A stretch of DNA of 63,836 bases, counting the filler, from Octopus bimaculoides (Eukaryota), in NCBI RefSeq assembly GCF_001194135.2. It is 4 parts of 3 records of this genome, joined end to end, with 100 filler letters (N's around TTAATTAATTAA, not from the genome) between each part and the next. Parts side by side here need not be neighbours in the genome. Positions count along the whole stretch, not along the records: positions 32,712 to 58,125 come from NC_068987.1; 3 more parts are not named here. One strand, given 5' to 3'. The position numbers and the translations under genes are program-made. Under the pieces are notes generated by a model. It was not told where the DNA came from. It was given only the letters and a program-made list of their open reading frames with translations, and did no database searches. Position 1 is the first letter of the stretch, and each line of letters opens with the position of its first letter. This document shows, in pieces, positions 38,197 to 50,517 of this stretch.

Positions 38197-38342
38197 CGTG
38201 GAGTATATATGAATATACCCCAGAATGTATGAATACATTAAACGTGTGGATACCTGAGGTTAGAGGGAGTAACCCGATGCCTACATAAGTTATACAAGGA
38301 ATAAGAACGAACCTGAGTCTAATCGCCAATAATAATAAAAGC

Positions 38343-38445
38343 TGAAGAAGAAGAAGAAGAAGAAGAAGAAGAAGAAGAAGAAGAAGAAGAAGAAGAAGAA
38401 GAAGAAGAAGAAGAAGAAGAAGAAGAAGAAGAAGAAAAAGAAGAA

Positions 38446-38477
<32 letters not shown>

Positions 38478-38550
38478 AGAAAAAGAAGAAGAAGGAAGAA
38501 GAAGAAGAAGAAGAAGAAGAAGAAGAAGAAGAAGAAGAGGAGGAAGAAGG
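38343..38550. repeat. (GAA)n microsatellite
   Basis: Direct. Confidence 0.95.
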
Positions 38551-38859
38551 AAAAGGCAGAGTGGGTAGATTGTGTCATTATCTATGAGACGGTGGTAGCA
38601 TTTTCATATTGAATTTATTTAACTTAAGTAATTAAATATATTCGAATATTCAGATTAAAGTCAATCAATGAATCAAAGAACAAATTAATTAATAAATAAT
38701 AAATCTATTAATTAAAATTACCTATGGAAATGAGCAGCTGATTCCTAGAATGATTGTAATGAGTTTTCTAATGCAGACTTTATTTGAGGTCGTTGCAGAA
38801 TAAAACAAAATTATATCGCATTGAGTAATTTAACAATATTCTCGAAATCAAAAGCAGTG

Positions 38860-39265
38860 AGTTGTCAGAAACGTTAGTACGCCGGGCGAAATGTTTAGCT
38901 TTATTTCGTCTGCAGCTACGTTCTGAGTTCAAATTCTACCGAGCTCGACTTTCCCTTCCATTCTTTCGGGATTGATTAAATAAGTACCAGTTACGCACTG
39001 GGGTCGATGTAGTCGACTTAATCCTTTGTCTGTCCTCGTCTGTCCCCTCTATATTTTGCCCCTTGTGGGCAATAAAGAAATAAGAAACGTTAGCACGCCG
39101 GGCGAAATGCTTAGCGGTATTTCATCTGTCTTTACGTTCTGATTTCAAATTCTGCCGAGGTCGACTTTGCATTTCATCATTTCGGGGTTGATAAATTAAG
39201 TACCAGTTGCGTACTGGGGGTCGATGTAATCGATTGGCCCCCAACCATGACCTAGAGTTGAAAAG
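38860..39265 (+). mobile_element. Two tandem SINE family A copies
   Basis: gaaacgttag(t/c)acgccgggcgaaatg occurs at about 38869 and 39085. Confidence 0.9.
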
Positions 39266-39559
39266 AATATTTTCAAAATCAAAAATGCAAAAACTGGCTG
39301 AGGAAGAAGGTAAGGATCAAGAAAAAAACTCATGCAAATAAAGTATTAAAATATAAAAATTATTTATTAAATAATTATAACTCTATAATTTCAGTTTCAG
39401 AATGTACGAATTATGAGAAAATTCAAGGGTTAACATTGATCGGTTTATAAATATATATCTGAAATAGTGTAAGAAATTCTTGATGTGTCTTTCAGATTAG
39501 GATGAAGTGTAATCAAATAATAATAGTGGAAAAAGAAATGGTTAAATGTTCTTTCCTAA

Positions 39560-39770
39560 TCTAGGCACAAGGCCAGAATTTTTGGTGGAGGTGACTAGTG
39601 GATTAGATCCACCCCAGTACGCAACTGGTACTTAATTTATCGGCCGCGAAATGATGAAAGGTAAAGACAACATTGGCGGAATTTGAGCCCAGAACAAAAA
39701 GAGAGACGAAATACCGTGAAGCATTTCGTCTGGCATGCTAACTTTTCTGCCAGCTCGACGCCTTGAAATG
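39560..39770 (-). mobile_element. SINE family A, inverted
   Basis: Reverse-complement homology. Confidence 0.8.
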
Positions 39771-40199
39771 GTTAAATATTCTGACATTATGAATACAGGT
39801 GATACAGGAAGGCAATGAAAGTGTACATGAAACAATGTTTCAATCAAACAGTAGTTAGAAGAGTGTGATATATGAAGCTAATGTTATGAAATTAGAAATG
39901 AAATGTGGGATTTAAGTTTCAGAGTTCGATATTGAGAAGTGTAATAATCACAATTAGTAGTGAAAAATGTTTGTCTAATTAATCGTGTAAACGGTCAGAT
40001 ATAAGCTACTGAGGAAATTTAAGGATTAAGCTTCAAATAGTAACGGAGTTTAAATTTAAATAGAAAACGGAACAAATCTGTTTGTTTAGAATGCATTTAA
40101 AGTAAAGTTTTCTTGATTGTAATTGTTTTAAAAGAACATTGTAAGTTGAACATTTATGAAAAAACAGTATGACAAAAATTGTAAAAACTATAACTCTGT

Positions 40200-40580
40200 A
40201 GACAGGGAAAGTTCTAAAAACCACGAAATCGGAATATATGAAACGAAGGGAATTTTAACATTAATAGCGTAAAACAATGGAGATTCTTAATATTTAACAT
40301 AACAGTTTGTAAGCGATAATAATTGAATTCGTATTACAAAGTACTAAGCACATAATAATTATATTAAAATGAAATATTTACAATAATAGAAGTTGCAATG
40401 AAATTTTAACTAAACAAGAGTTAATTAACATCCATTAATGATTATAAAATATTAATTATTAGGTTAGAGAAGATGTGAAAAGTGTTGAAAAAGAAATGTT
40501 ACTTGCAAACTGTTTGGAGTTTATAACTGTTATGAGTAACTACAGCTGAAACACGTGAGCTTCCTCAATCGATCTATCTG
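40200..40580 (+). mobile_element. Possible Penelope GIY-YIG C-terminal remnant followed by an HHR relic
   Basis: Translation W R F L I F N I T V C K R * * L…N E I F…K F * L resembles the PLE C-terminal W…KRCNLC…NKRxELxSKCRHxNKFLL; relic tatgag…GAAACACGTGAG at about 40540-40570. Confidence 0.35.
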
Positions 40581-40874
40581 TAAGTTAACTAATCTCCGAT
40601 CTCCGCCACATTCCCTCTATATAAACACAAACGGTTTTTAGGACAAAGACTAGAAAAGATAATTTGGGACACAGCTCCACTTAGTATACGTGTTTGATCA
40701 TGAAATTTGAAACTGGTTAAGTGAACACACACACACACACACACACGCGCGCATATGATTGCGCTTAGGCATAACCTGGTGTAGAATTCAATATATGTAA
40801 GGTCCAGAAGACAATGTTATATGAGTATAGTGTGACAAGAGAAAACAAAGGGATGTCATTGCCATCAGAAAAAA

Positions 40875-41200
40875 ACAAATGTTACATAATGAACTTCTTT
40901 AGCTGACAACTGTTTCGGTTATATTAATAGTATACTCTTCGTTGAGTACCAGGATAACAACCTCTAGATTAATCAGAGCCTTTTATATGAAGTACAATTT
41001 ACTCGAGAAAGATACATTTACAGAACATACAGAAGTATGTTCTGAAAACGTAACTTTCCTAAACCAAGTTCACGTCATATTGAAGGCTCTGATGAAGCTA
41101 TAGGATGTTACCCGTTTACTTTGGCACGCAGATAAGAATCTACCGCATCTTATAACAGAAACAAACGTAAGCTAATGGATTTCATTACTTTACATTTTCT
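40875..41200. mobile_element. Divergent inverted pair of HHR-like repeats
   Basis: Plus copy ggct CTGATGA (41089-41095)…GAAAC aaac GTA agct; minus copy ggct CTGATTA (40976-40970)…GAAAC agtt GTC agct; flanks also homologous. Confidence 0.6.
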
Positions 41201-41300
41201 CCGGTGCCATCTCTTTGCTCTTCCTCTCTCTCCGCACATTCATAATATTTCTCTTTCTGCCTATCTCTCTCTGTATATATATATTTATATATATATACAT

Positions 41301-41343
<43 letters not shown>

Positions 41344-41584
41344 TATANNNNNNNNNNNNNNNNNNNNNNNNNNNNNNNNNNNNNNNNNNNNNNNNNNNNN
41401 NNNNNNNNNNNNNNNNNNNNNNNNNNNNNNNNNNNNNNNNNNNNNNNNNNNNNNNNNNNNNNNNNNNNNNNNNNNNNNNNNNNNNNNNNNNNNNNNNNNN
41501 NNNNNNNNNNNNNNNNNNNNNNNNNNNNNNNNNNNNNNNNNNNNNNNNNNNNAATATTTCGGAAGTGTTAGAAAACTGATTTAT

Positions 41585-42135
41585 TTAATCAAAGTATGAT
41601 CCATGTTCATTTAGGACGTTTACCCAACATTTCTCTACGTCATATATTCCATCATTAAAAAAATTCCTCTTTCGCGTTAATAAACTATCCGAATGCTTCA
41701 ATTACCTCTCTCTATTTAAGAATGTTTTTTGTTGCTTATGAAAAACTCAAAATGCTTAAAAAACGTGTTGGTCAGTAAAAGAGATATCAGCGGTATAGGG
41801 AGGATGTTGCAAAATCTCATAATCCAGGCTTTGCAAATTTTGGACCGTAGCTTGAGGAGTGTGAGGACGTGCATTGTCGTGGAGCAAAATTGGGCCGTCT
41901 CTATTCACTAGTCTCGGTTGCTTCTTTTTTCAAATTGTCATGCATACAATTGATTTCCTAGCAATATGATGTTGTTGTTACCATTTTCCTTGTTGCAAAA
42001 TGAATAATGAATAACTCCCTTCGCAGACTACCATACATTTTGGGGTGCAGTGGTAGGTTTGGGTAGTGTTTAAGTGACTCTCCTGCATCTAATCACTGTC
42101 CTGTTCTCCTTCTGTTGTCAAAGAATATCCATTTC
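41585..42135 (-). mobile_element. Mariner (DD34D) transposase catalytic-domain remnant
   Basis: Minus: EKWIFFDNRRR…VWxSAKGVIHY…NRDGPILLHDNARPHT…YEILQHPPYTADIS…GSYFD*, with stops and frameshifts. Confidence 0.85.
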
Positions 42136-43318
42136 TCTCAGATGGAGAGAGGATAGTAACATTACAATGTCATCAAATATTTTTATTGCTTGGAATCTGT
42201 GAATGTATCGATGTAATACAAACGGTTGTACTTGTAATAACGGTTTTGGTGAGGAGATGATGTGGAGTAGGGTACTGGAGCCAATATTGCTAATATTTGT
42301 CTGATGGTAATTATTTTGAATTTGGATTGAACTGTCGGTGATACTAAACTGGTTAACATTGCTTTCTTTCTCGTATCATTTGTAATTTTAATAACGAAGA
42401 TAATATTTGTCGTTCAGATGCTGGCAACACTAATATATTTGCTGGAGTGCAGTAGTTGAGGAATTAAGGAATACAACAGAAAAAATTTGAATGTAAATTA
42501 GTTCCCCTCAAAAATCCCTGCTCAGCCCAGGTGACTAATTTACAGTCGATCCCTGCATCACAAAATATATACATAAAATGTAAAAAGAAACAAACTAACG
42601 TATGTAAAACTATTACCTAATGCATTTTCTCTGAAAACTATTAACAAAGACCCACATATACACAGATAGCACACAAGCACACATCGATACAATATACGTA
42701 CATATATATATATGTGTATGTATGTATGTATGTATGTATGTATGCATGCATGTATGTATGTATATATGTTTTATATATATATATATTATANNNNNNNNNN
42801 NNNNNNNNNNNNNNNNNNNNNNNNNNNNNNNNNNNNNNNNNNNNNNNNNNNNNNNNNNNNNNNNNNNNNNNNNNNNNNNNNNNNNNNNNNNNNNNNNNNN
42901 NNNNNNNNNNNNNNNNNNNNNNNNNNNNNNNNNNNNNNNNNNNNNNNNNNNNNNNNNNNNNNNNNNNNNNNNNNNNNNNNNNNNNNNNNNNNNNNNNNNN
43001 NNNNNNNNNNNNNNNNNNNNNNNNNNNNNNNNNNNNNNNNNNNNNNNNNNNNNNNNNNNNNNNNNNNNNNNNNNNNNNNNNNNNNNNNNNNNNNNNNNNN
43101 NNNNNNNNNNNNNNNNNNNNNNNNNNNNNNNNNNNNNNNNNNNNNNNNNNNNNNNNNNNNNNNNNNNNNNNNNNNNNNNNNNNNNNNNNNNNNNNNNNNN
43201 NNNNNNNNNNNNNNNNNNNNNNNNNNNNNNNNNNNNNNNNNNNNNNNNNNNNNNNNNNNNNNNNNNNNNNNNNNNNNNNNNNNNNNNNNNNNNNNNNNNN
43301 NNNNNNNNNNNNNNNNNN

Positions 43319-43379
<61 letters not shown>

Positions 43380-43725
43380 TAAAGAGAGAGATGTGTGTGT
43401 GTGTGTGTGATTGTACGGGAGTATGGTTGAAAATCACCATGAATGTACGTGGTTACCATGTGCAAGTCACTTTATAGCACCGAGATGGATGCCCAATGTT
43501 GTTTACTCCGGGTGTTATGTTCTGTGTTCAATAGTGTCTGCTTTCGCCCAGACATAAATGCTGATGCTCTATGGAAACTAGTTAAGGCCTTCATCAATTT
43601 TTTATAGCTAAACTTTTCCAGTGCCAGCACTCTAGCTATCACTTAGAAGTCCAAATGATTTTCAACTCCTTCTCATTTATAGACGTAGGAATTACATACA
43701 CACACACACACACACAGAGGCACAA

Positions 43726-43757
<32 letters not shown>

Positions 43758-43829
43758 ACACACACATGCACGCACGCACTAACACACGCACGCACACACA
43801 CGCGTATACAAATACACACATATATATAA

Positions 43830-44062
43830 GGCGGCGAGCTGGCAGAAACGTTAGCACACCGGGCGAAATGCTTAGCCGTATTTCGTCTGCCGCTACGTTC
43901 TGAGTTCAAATTCTGCCGAGGTCGACTTTGCCTTTCATCCTTTCGGGGTCGATTAAATAAGTACCAGTTACGCACTGGGGTCGATATAATCGACTTAATC
44001 TGTGTTTGTCTGGCCTTGTTTGTCCCCTCTGTGTGTAGCCCCTTGTAGGTAGTAAAGAAATA
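43830..44062 (+). mobile_element. Full-length, well-preserved SINE family A
   Basis: ggcggcgagctggcagaaacgttagcac head to gtagtaaagaaataa tail. Confidence 0.9.
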
Positions 44063-44121
<59 letters not shown>

Positions 44122-44124
44122 CAC

Positions 44125-44285
44125 AGCAAACGGCTACCAGTTTCCGTCTTCAAAATTCACTCACACGGCATTGGTCGACACGAGGCTATATTAGAAGAAA
44201 GTTGCTGGAGGTGATATCCAGTGGGACTGAACCCGAATCTATGCGGTTGTGAAACAAACCTCCCGACAGACATCCACACCAGCCA
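44125..44285 (-). mobile_element. SINE family B 5' part
   Basis: Reverse-complement homology to 4546-4700. Confidence 0.7.
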
Positions 44286-44449
44286 ACCCATTGCCATACT
44301 GTCTATTAAGGCTTAACTACTCGAAAGTCCGAAGTCACTATTAATACTATTGTTGTTAATGAAAATAAGTTAGTACTCTACAAAAGTATGGAGTAAACCT
44401 TTAGTTTAAAGCATAAACTGTTTTCATTATAAATGAACATAAGAACAAA

Positions 44450-44636
44450 TAAAGACCCTGTGTAAAATTCATGGCGAATAGGTTTATCAGTGTCCTTCAA
44501 CTTCTGAACCGATTGCTGCTTGTATGGTGAGAAATGTAACCGTCTCTTGATGACGCGTCAGCTGTTGTTGATGGGAACTCAAGTTCTTCACTGGCCATTC
44601 TGACTGATTTCTTGGGACTCAACTGGAAGGCTTGCT

Positions 44637-44638
<2 letters not shown>
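44450..44638 (-). mobile_element. Transposase remnant (rosa/maT-like Tc1/mariner)
   Basis: SPKKSVRMASEELEFPSTT, then after a frameshift VIKRRLHFSPYKQQSVQKLKDTDKPIRHEF. Confidence 0.75.
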
Positions 44639-44702
<64 letters not shown>

Positions 44703-46074
44703 CAGATGGATATAGATATAAATAGATAGAAAAGTATATGTAAATAAGTACACACATGGCCACACACACATATCATTGCATACACTCACACTCACACTTC
44801 ACACACACATATGCATGAGCTCTTTAAGCAAACTGAAATGTAACATTGGAATTCGTATGATTTTAGCTATTGCTGGCCTTCATTTTCGCCAGTAATTTCT
44901 AAAATAATGTAAAGTGTATTATAGCAATAAATGTAGAGAGTTGTGATGTTATGACATCTATGCCTCTCCTGATGGCTGAATTCTCTTCAACCAGTAAAGA
45001 AAGGGCTCAGCAATCTGCTTGACGAGTTCGCTAGCTTTCAACTAAAAATAAATAAATAAATGAATAAATAAATAAATACGTAAATACATATATTGTTTTG
45101 TTTGCGTTAGTTTTGTTAATGACGGAATTCATTCGGCTATGTTTATTATAAAGGATAAAGCTGTTTGTTGTTTTTGTATTGTACTCTTATCGCCGTTGAT
45201 TAATTTCTTTTGTTTTCGTTTGTGGTATTTGTATTTTGTAATGATATTGCCTTTATTATTATCATTATCGTTATAATTATAATTGTTGTTCGAAATCGAT
45301 ATTTGTTTAAGGTGGTGTTTGTATAAATTCCTATGCAGAATAATCAAAACCATAGAAACAAAATTGTAAAAATGACGAGCATTAACGAGTTCCTTTTATT
45401 GGAACATTCTATATAACATCGCTACTACTCAATGACAAGCACTTTTGTGTAGATTTTCAGCGCTTAAGCATTATTTTATATTTGTTTATTTACACTTGAT
45501 TTTGTTTTGCCCGGCCATTAATTTATTCAGCAGCATTCTTTTGATCTTTATCGCTCATTAAAAGCCCTCCTCATTTTCCTCAAATAATGCACCACGTCAC
45601 CCTAGCAAATGTAGAAATGATATACGCTTTTTAGTGCATTGTTTGAAGTATGAGAAGTACACATGAAAACGCTCACGGCACCTTACCTTACAGACTAGAC
45701 CTAAACTGTTGCATTTACATAAAAACAATGAAACTATTTCCCTTCCCTTTGTATCAGGTTTTATTTTAGGAAACTAACCAATCAAACAACACGCTAGGCA
45801 TTCCGTTGCAATCAACAGTTAACATTAAAAGAAAGTTCTACTGCAATACTACAAAGTGAACTAGGATTCTTCCAAGCATTAATGTCGATTTTGTACTGTA
45901 TTTTTATATAAAACAACTTGAAAAATTCATTGATTTGCGTTCCATCACAATTCTTAATTAGAGGACAATTTTTCTGTGTGTATAGGCACTCTTCCTTATC
46001 TTTCTTTATCTTAGCTTCCATCTCTTCATACACACACGGTTTCATACTCAGTCACACAGATATACACTAACAAA

Positions 46075-46210
46075 AATTACTAATTTCAAATTTTGGCACA
46101 ACGCCAGCAATTTCGGTGGAGGTGGTGCGTCGATTACATCGACCTCTGTTGGAAACGATTACTGTTTTTATCGACCCGGAAAGAATGAAAGACAAAGTCA
46201 ACTGCAGCGT
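46075..46210 (-). mobile_element. SINE family A fragment
   Basis: ttatcgacccggaaagaatgaaagacaaagtcaac; aatttcaaattttggcacaa. Confidence 0.7.
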
Positions 46211-47042
46211 TACTTGAACTCGCTCTAAGGAAGGATATAGCCTAGGAAACGATACCTCTTCACGTGTCTGTAATGAGGAATGACCTTCATTGTTCGACTT
46301 CATTGTGATATTTTTATGCTTAGTCTCTGTGCTCATTAAGTCAAATGTTTCTGAGATCTTAGTATCGCGGTTAGCTATTCTTTTCTCATATATAACCTGA
46401 AATCAAACCTAAGTAAAAATCAATTATTAATATGAAGATTGATGGTAAATGATTTCAAAGTACGACGTTTGCTTCCTAAAAGGCATTGTAGGATAAATAT
46501 ACAAACGCAAAAAAGAAATCGTGTTAAAAAATATAATATTGTCTACATTAATGCAAAAATAAAACCTGTGTCTCTTGCAATCAACCGAAACTAACACATG
46601 GGCAATCAGTACCTAACTAGGAACATCAGATCTTTTAACTTTATTTCATCTTCTCGATCCACAAATGTATCGTCGTTACAAGATACATGACTATGAAACA
46701 AATAAAATTTATTTTCCAAACTACAGAAAAGAAACAACTCTATACTACTTTAAACACGATAATAAGCAACATGGTATCCTGCAATGTATCCTGCAAACCA
46801 AAAATAATTAGGTTCATCTATCTAATCAGAATTACAAAGCCACCAGAATGGAGGATCCTCATAAGGGCAGTTGGCCTACTAGAAATACTAGCTAACTCTC
46901 CCCTTGAATAACACTCTTCAATTAAAAATATGGAAGAAATTATATTATATTAGACTCAGATTTCGTTACAATATTGAGATGATCGTATTTTCAGCATGAA
47001 CACTCATATATTAACCTGATTCATATCGATCAACGTCTAAAC

Positions 47043-47284
47043 CAGTTGTTTGAAACGGAGATCTATATGACACTTTGGGGTCCTCTAAGATTTTGTTGTT
47101 AAAATTTATTTGCACTGTCTACGATACACAAAATATTTTTAGCAATTTTTAATAGAGATCCGAATAATATTTAATTATGAAAATATAATAGGAATTTTTA
47201 AAACAGAGAACGTTTATGAATGTCCACCCAACTGAAAACTAGAATTAAAGGGTTTCATATGTCATAAATAGTTGAGAACCATCG
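47043..47284. mobile_element. hAT-Charlie MITE with 8-bp TSD GTCTAAAC
   Basis: Left cagttgtttgaaac and right gttgagaaccatcg resemble the CAGTGGTTCTCAA TIR; gtctaaac at 47035-47042 and 47285-47292. Confidence 0.8.
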
Positions 47285-47977
47285 GTCTAAACAATCTTAA
47301 ATAAGAAACCTCGATGGCAAAGGTTTACTTCAGCATCAAAGAACTAAAAGAGAAAATGGCAAGCATCTAGACAAAATTGAAAGCTCGGCTCTGAAGGAAA
47401 GTTTTCTATTTTCAACAGCAAAACATCCAGTAAAAAAATCATAGAAATAAAGCAGCAAATGCAACGAAAGCATCGTAATAACAGCTGCCCACATAACAAC
47501 TGCAAATAGCTGAAAGGTTTCGAAAACATAAAGAATAATGAGAGGGAAAGGAAACTTGACTTACACTACATGATTTCGAATGCATTTTCTGGCAAATCAG
47601 AGCAAATCAAAAGGCGAAAACATAAATTAAAAAGATCGTGAAATGATTCACTTGTAAATACCTAAAGCATGGATGAAGAAACATAGTCACAGCACGCAAA
47701 AACATATGTAAATAGTCGCACTGATGCAAGCGAAGAGTGTAGGAACGAAATAGATATCTCTGCCCATAGATGAGACGATGGTGTGATGTAATGGGATGTT
47801 GACCAAGGAAGTGGAACAGGATGGATGCTAGAGGTATTTCAGTTAGTTGAAATATTTTCGGAGGTCCAGGAAAAGAAACTATCATTTCTGTAAGCCGAGA
47901 ACCCTTGAGTGTAGGTGTCCATATAGTTTGGTTCTAAGAGGCCATACTTTTTAAAGGAAATGTAGAGAGAGGATGAA

Positions 47978-48025
<48 letters not shown>

Positions 48026-48059
48026 AAGAATCGAAGAGCGAAAGAGAATGAGTGGAGGA

Positions 48060-49100
48060 AATATTCTGAAGAACGCCGTTTTTATGGTTGATTCCATAAA
48101 CTTTGTGATATAGAAATTGAGTTTGACAGGATGCTAGCTGTCAGGAACAGATTGATTCTTCTTTGGAATGGAAATAATACACCCTTTTTCCAAAGATCTT
48201 AGTGTATCTTGTAGAAATTGAGAGACTTAAAAGAGTGTAGCGCAATCTGTAAATGGTAATGAAAGTAAATTTGAAACGGTCAGTGGCCTTTCAGATTTGA
48301 ACTGACAAAATTAGTTTGAAATTGGTAAGCCTGCATGTTGATGGGAATTGTTTAGCGGAAGCGCATATGCTTGATGATTATGTGCAAGAGCATATACTTT
48401 GAAAATATTGTGAACGCTTACGCCATTCCTGTCACGATGCCTACTATTTTGCTTACAGGTAGGGGCTCAGACGAACAAGAGATCCCAAATGCAGATAGAT
48501 TCTATCAGCATCAACTGCATCTTCAGTCTAATAAACTGCACAGCAATCAACAACGCCAATAAAAATTCCAGAGAGTATAATATAACTTTACTTCAGTTAC
48601 CTACTACTGGAATGTTTCAACAAGTAGAAATATACAAAGAATAGATAACTGCACCTTCTTTATCGAATCTTCTGATATCATAATGTGGAGTATAATCATC
48701 GGTAACCAGAGAGCTTAACATGAACTCAGAACAGATCAATGCATGGAAACTTTGGCTTGATATACCTTGGCTTGTGGCTGATTGACAATACCTTATTGTA
48801 AATTACATGATTTTGCGATAATGTGTCTAACGCTTCATTAGGTATGATAGATTTCGCTGTGTTAGGGTGAATTTTGTCGCCTCTGTTACTGCCATGTGTT
48901 CTTCGTTGCGAGATGCACTATCTTATAGGTTTGGTGTTGCACTTGAGTATTTTCTACTATCACAGAGAACCCCTTTATTTCTGTCAAAGGGTCTCTTGCA
49001 TTTTACTGAAGCAGACTGAGTGGGGGCATATTAACCAACGTTGTTTTGCGGTATTGTATCCCACCATAAGAGTTATTAACGGGCATACGAATTTTCAAAA
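48060..49100 (-). mobile_element. Heavily decayed CR1/L2-like LINE reverse-transcriptase remnant
   Basis: Minus frames give LD…DAVDADRI, SCSSEPLPVSKI, WKKGVLFPF…KFMESTIK, in the order of the RT motifs (LDxSKAxGPDxI, CSPEL, WKxAxVxP…KxMESII); many stops. Confidence 0.45.
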
Positions 49101-49882
49101 ATCGTTCCGATTCAGATTATAGTATCCTTGATGAAATTTTATAATCGTGTATATTTAACTCTTTTATTTGAAACATGTTTTAGTTGAAGTATATTGGGAT
49201 AGTTAGCTATGTCATTCGGTTTTGCAGTGAATCACTTGCTTGAAATTGCCTTTTATTTCGGAGGGTGTGCAATTCAGATACTTCTGTCAGCTCAAACACT
49301 ACACTTCAACTATTTGACTTCTGCCTAAAAATAGAGAACGACATGGTTACATAGTGAAATTTATTTAACAGATAATGCGTTAATGTGTTGTATATGTTAT
49401 TAATAAAATGCGTTGATGTATATATATCTTTAACAGGTTAAGGTAAACATACGCGATTGAGAAATAGATACTGCGTTGTTATATTTTAGATTTAAATGTT
49501 CTGAACCTTGTGGATATGAACATGGTAAACAAACAGAATAAATTAGTAAATGCAAGAATCATATATATACACCTGTATATTTCAGTCTGATTAGATTTGG
49601 TACGCTGTTTCTTTATTTGTTCCTCTCACAGAAAAATTAATACACAGTTAGTTGCAAATATATTTGAAGATAGGGCCGAAAAAATGAAATTAACATATAC
49701 TGCTATACATTGTACTTTCAAAATTATATATGAAATGTATTCCTGTTTGCATATAAAAACAACAGATGCTTTTCGTGTAAAGTTTCACTAAATATTTATT
49801 TGTTTTAAATTCTATGTATTGAGAGTGAGAGACAGAGAAAATAAAATTTGCATTCCAAACGTCTGTATGTAGAACTATTCAC

Positions 49883-49897
49883 CTGTGTGCATACATT
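49883..49897 (-). CDS. Candidate 15-nt microexon
   Basis: Minus: tcttcttccattttacAG | aatgtatgcacacag | GTgaat; frame-preserving; may be chance. Confidence 0.2.
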
Positions 49898-50433
49898 CTG
49901 TAAAATGGAAGAAGATAACAGCAACTCTATTTCATAATTTCTCCAATCTTCCAATCAACAATTCCCTTGTGTTTGATTTCTTATTCATTCAGCAAAGTGT
50001 CTGAGATTTGTCAATTTGTCAATAATTAAGTTTTCAGCGAAATGAAGACTGATAAAGCTTCCGCTAGCGATTCACGATTGAGACGAAGGAAACATGTCTT
50101 GTATTTAAGAGACTGTTGTCCTTTAATTGTATTCATTTTAATTACATTTAGGATATTAATCTTTAGAATTCGGAGCCCTTTCAATGATAGTTTCTTCTTC
50201 CTATTTGCACTTCTCGATATCAATGGAATTGATGATTTGCCAGGGAAAAGAGACACATTGATCAATTCGCTATCTTATAAAGGAAATTACTCTATTGTAT
50301 ACACATTAGTGATAAAATTACTTTACACTCGACATCTCCAGCTCTAGGTTTTCTACTTCGTCCGATACCTATGCTTTGTTCGCGTGGGTCCCTATTTTGG
50401 TTTTGTGGGAAAAGGTTTTGTCGTTTCTGTCAG

Positions 50434-50517
50434 TGGATGTCACCGCCATTGATTCATCCTTCAAACATCCGGTCCGTGATTTGCCCATTATATGTATGGA
50501 CGATGGATTTAAAGGAG
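50434..50517 (+). CDS. Candidate internal coding exon, 84 nt, phase 1-1, peptide (x)DVTAIDSSFKHPVRDLPIICMDDGFKG; protein not recognised
   Basis: Acceptor ttttgtcgtttctgtcAG, donor GAG|GTAAGA, length divisible by 3, open frame, non-repetitive composition. Confidence 0.45.

Noticed and set aside
45812-46045. 77-aa minus-strand ORF (MKPCVYEEME…)
   Set aside because: No domain recognised, in-frame stop just upstream and no convincing splice sites.
47330-47950. piggyBac transposase remnant (IDETMV motif)
   Set aside because: Only one short motif matches; flanking frames do not continue the alignment.
48459-48650. Exon after the strong acceptor ttttgcttacAG
   Set aside because: Lies within the antisense LINE remnant; frames close without a donor.
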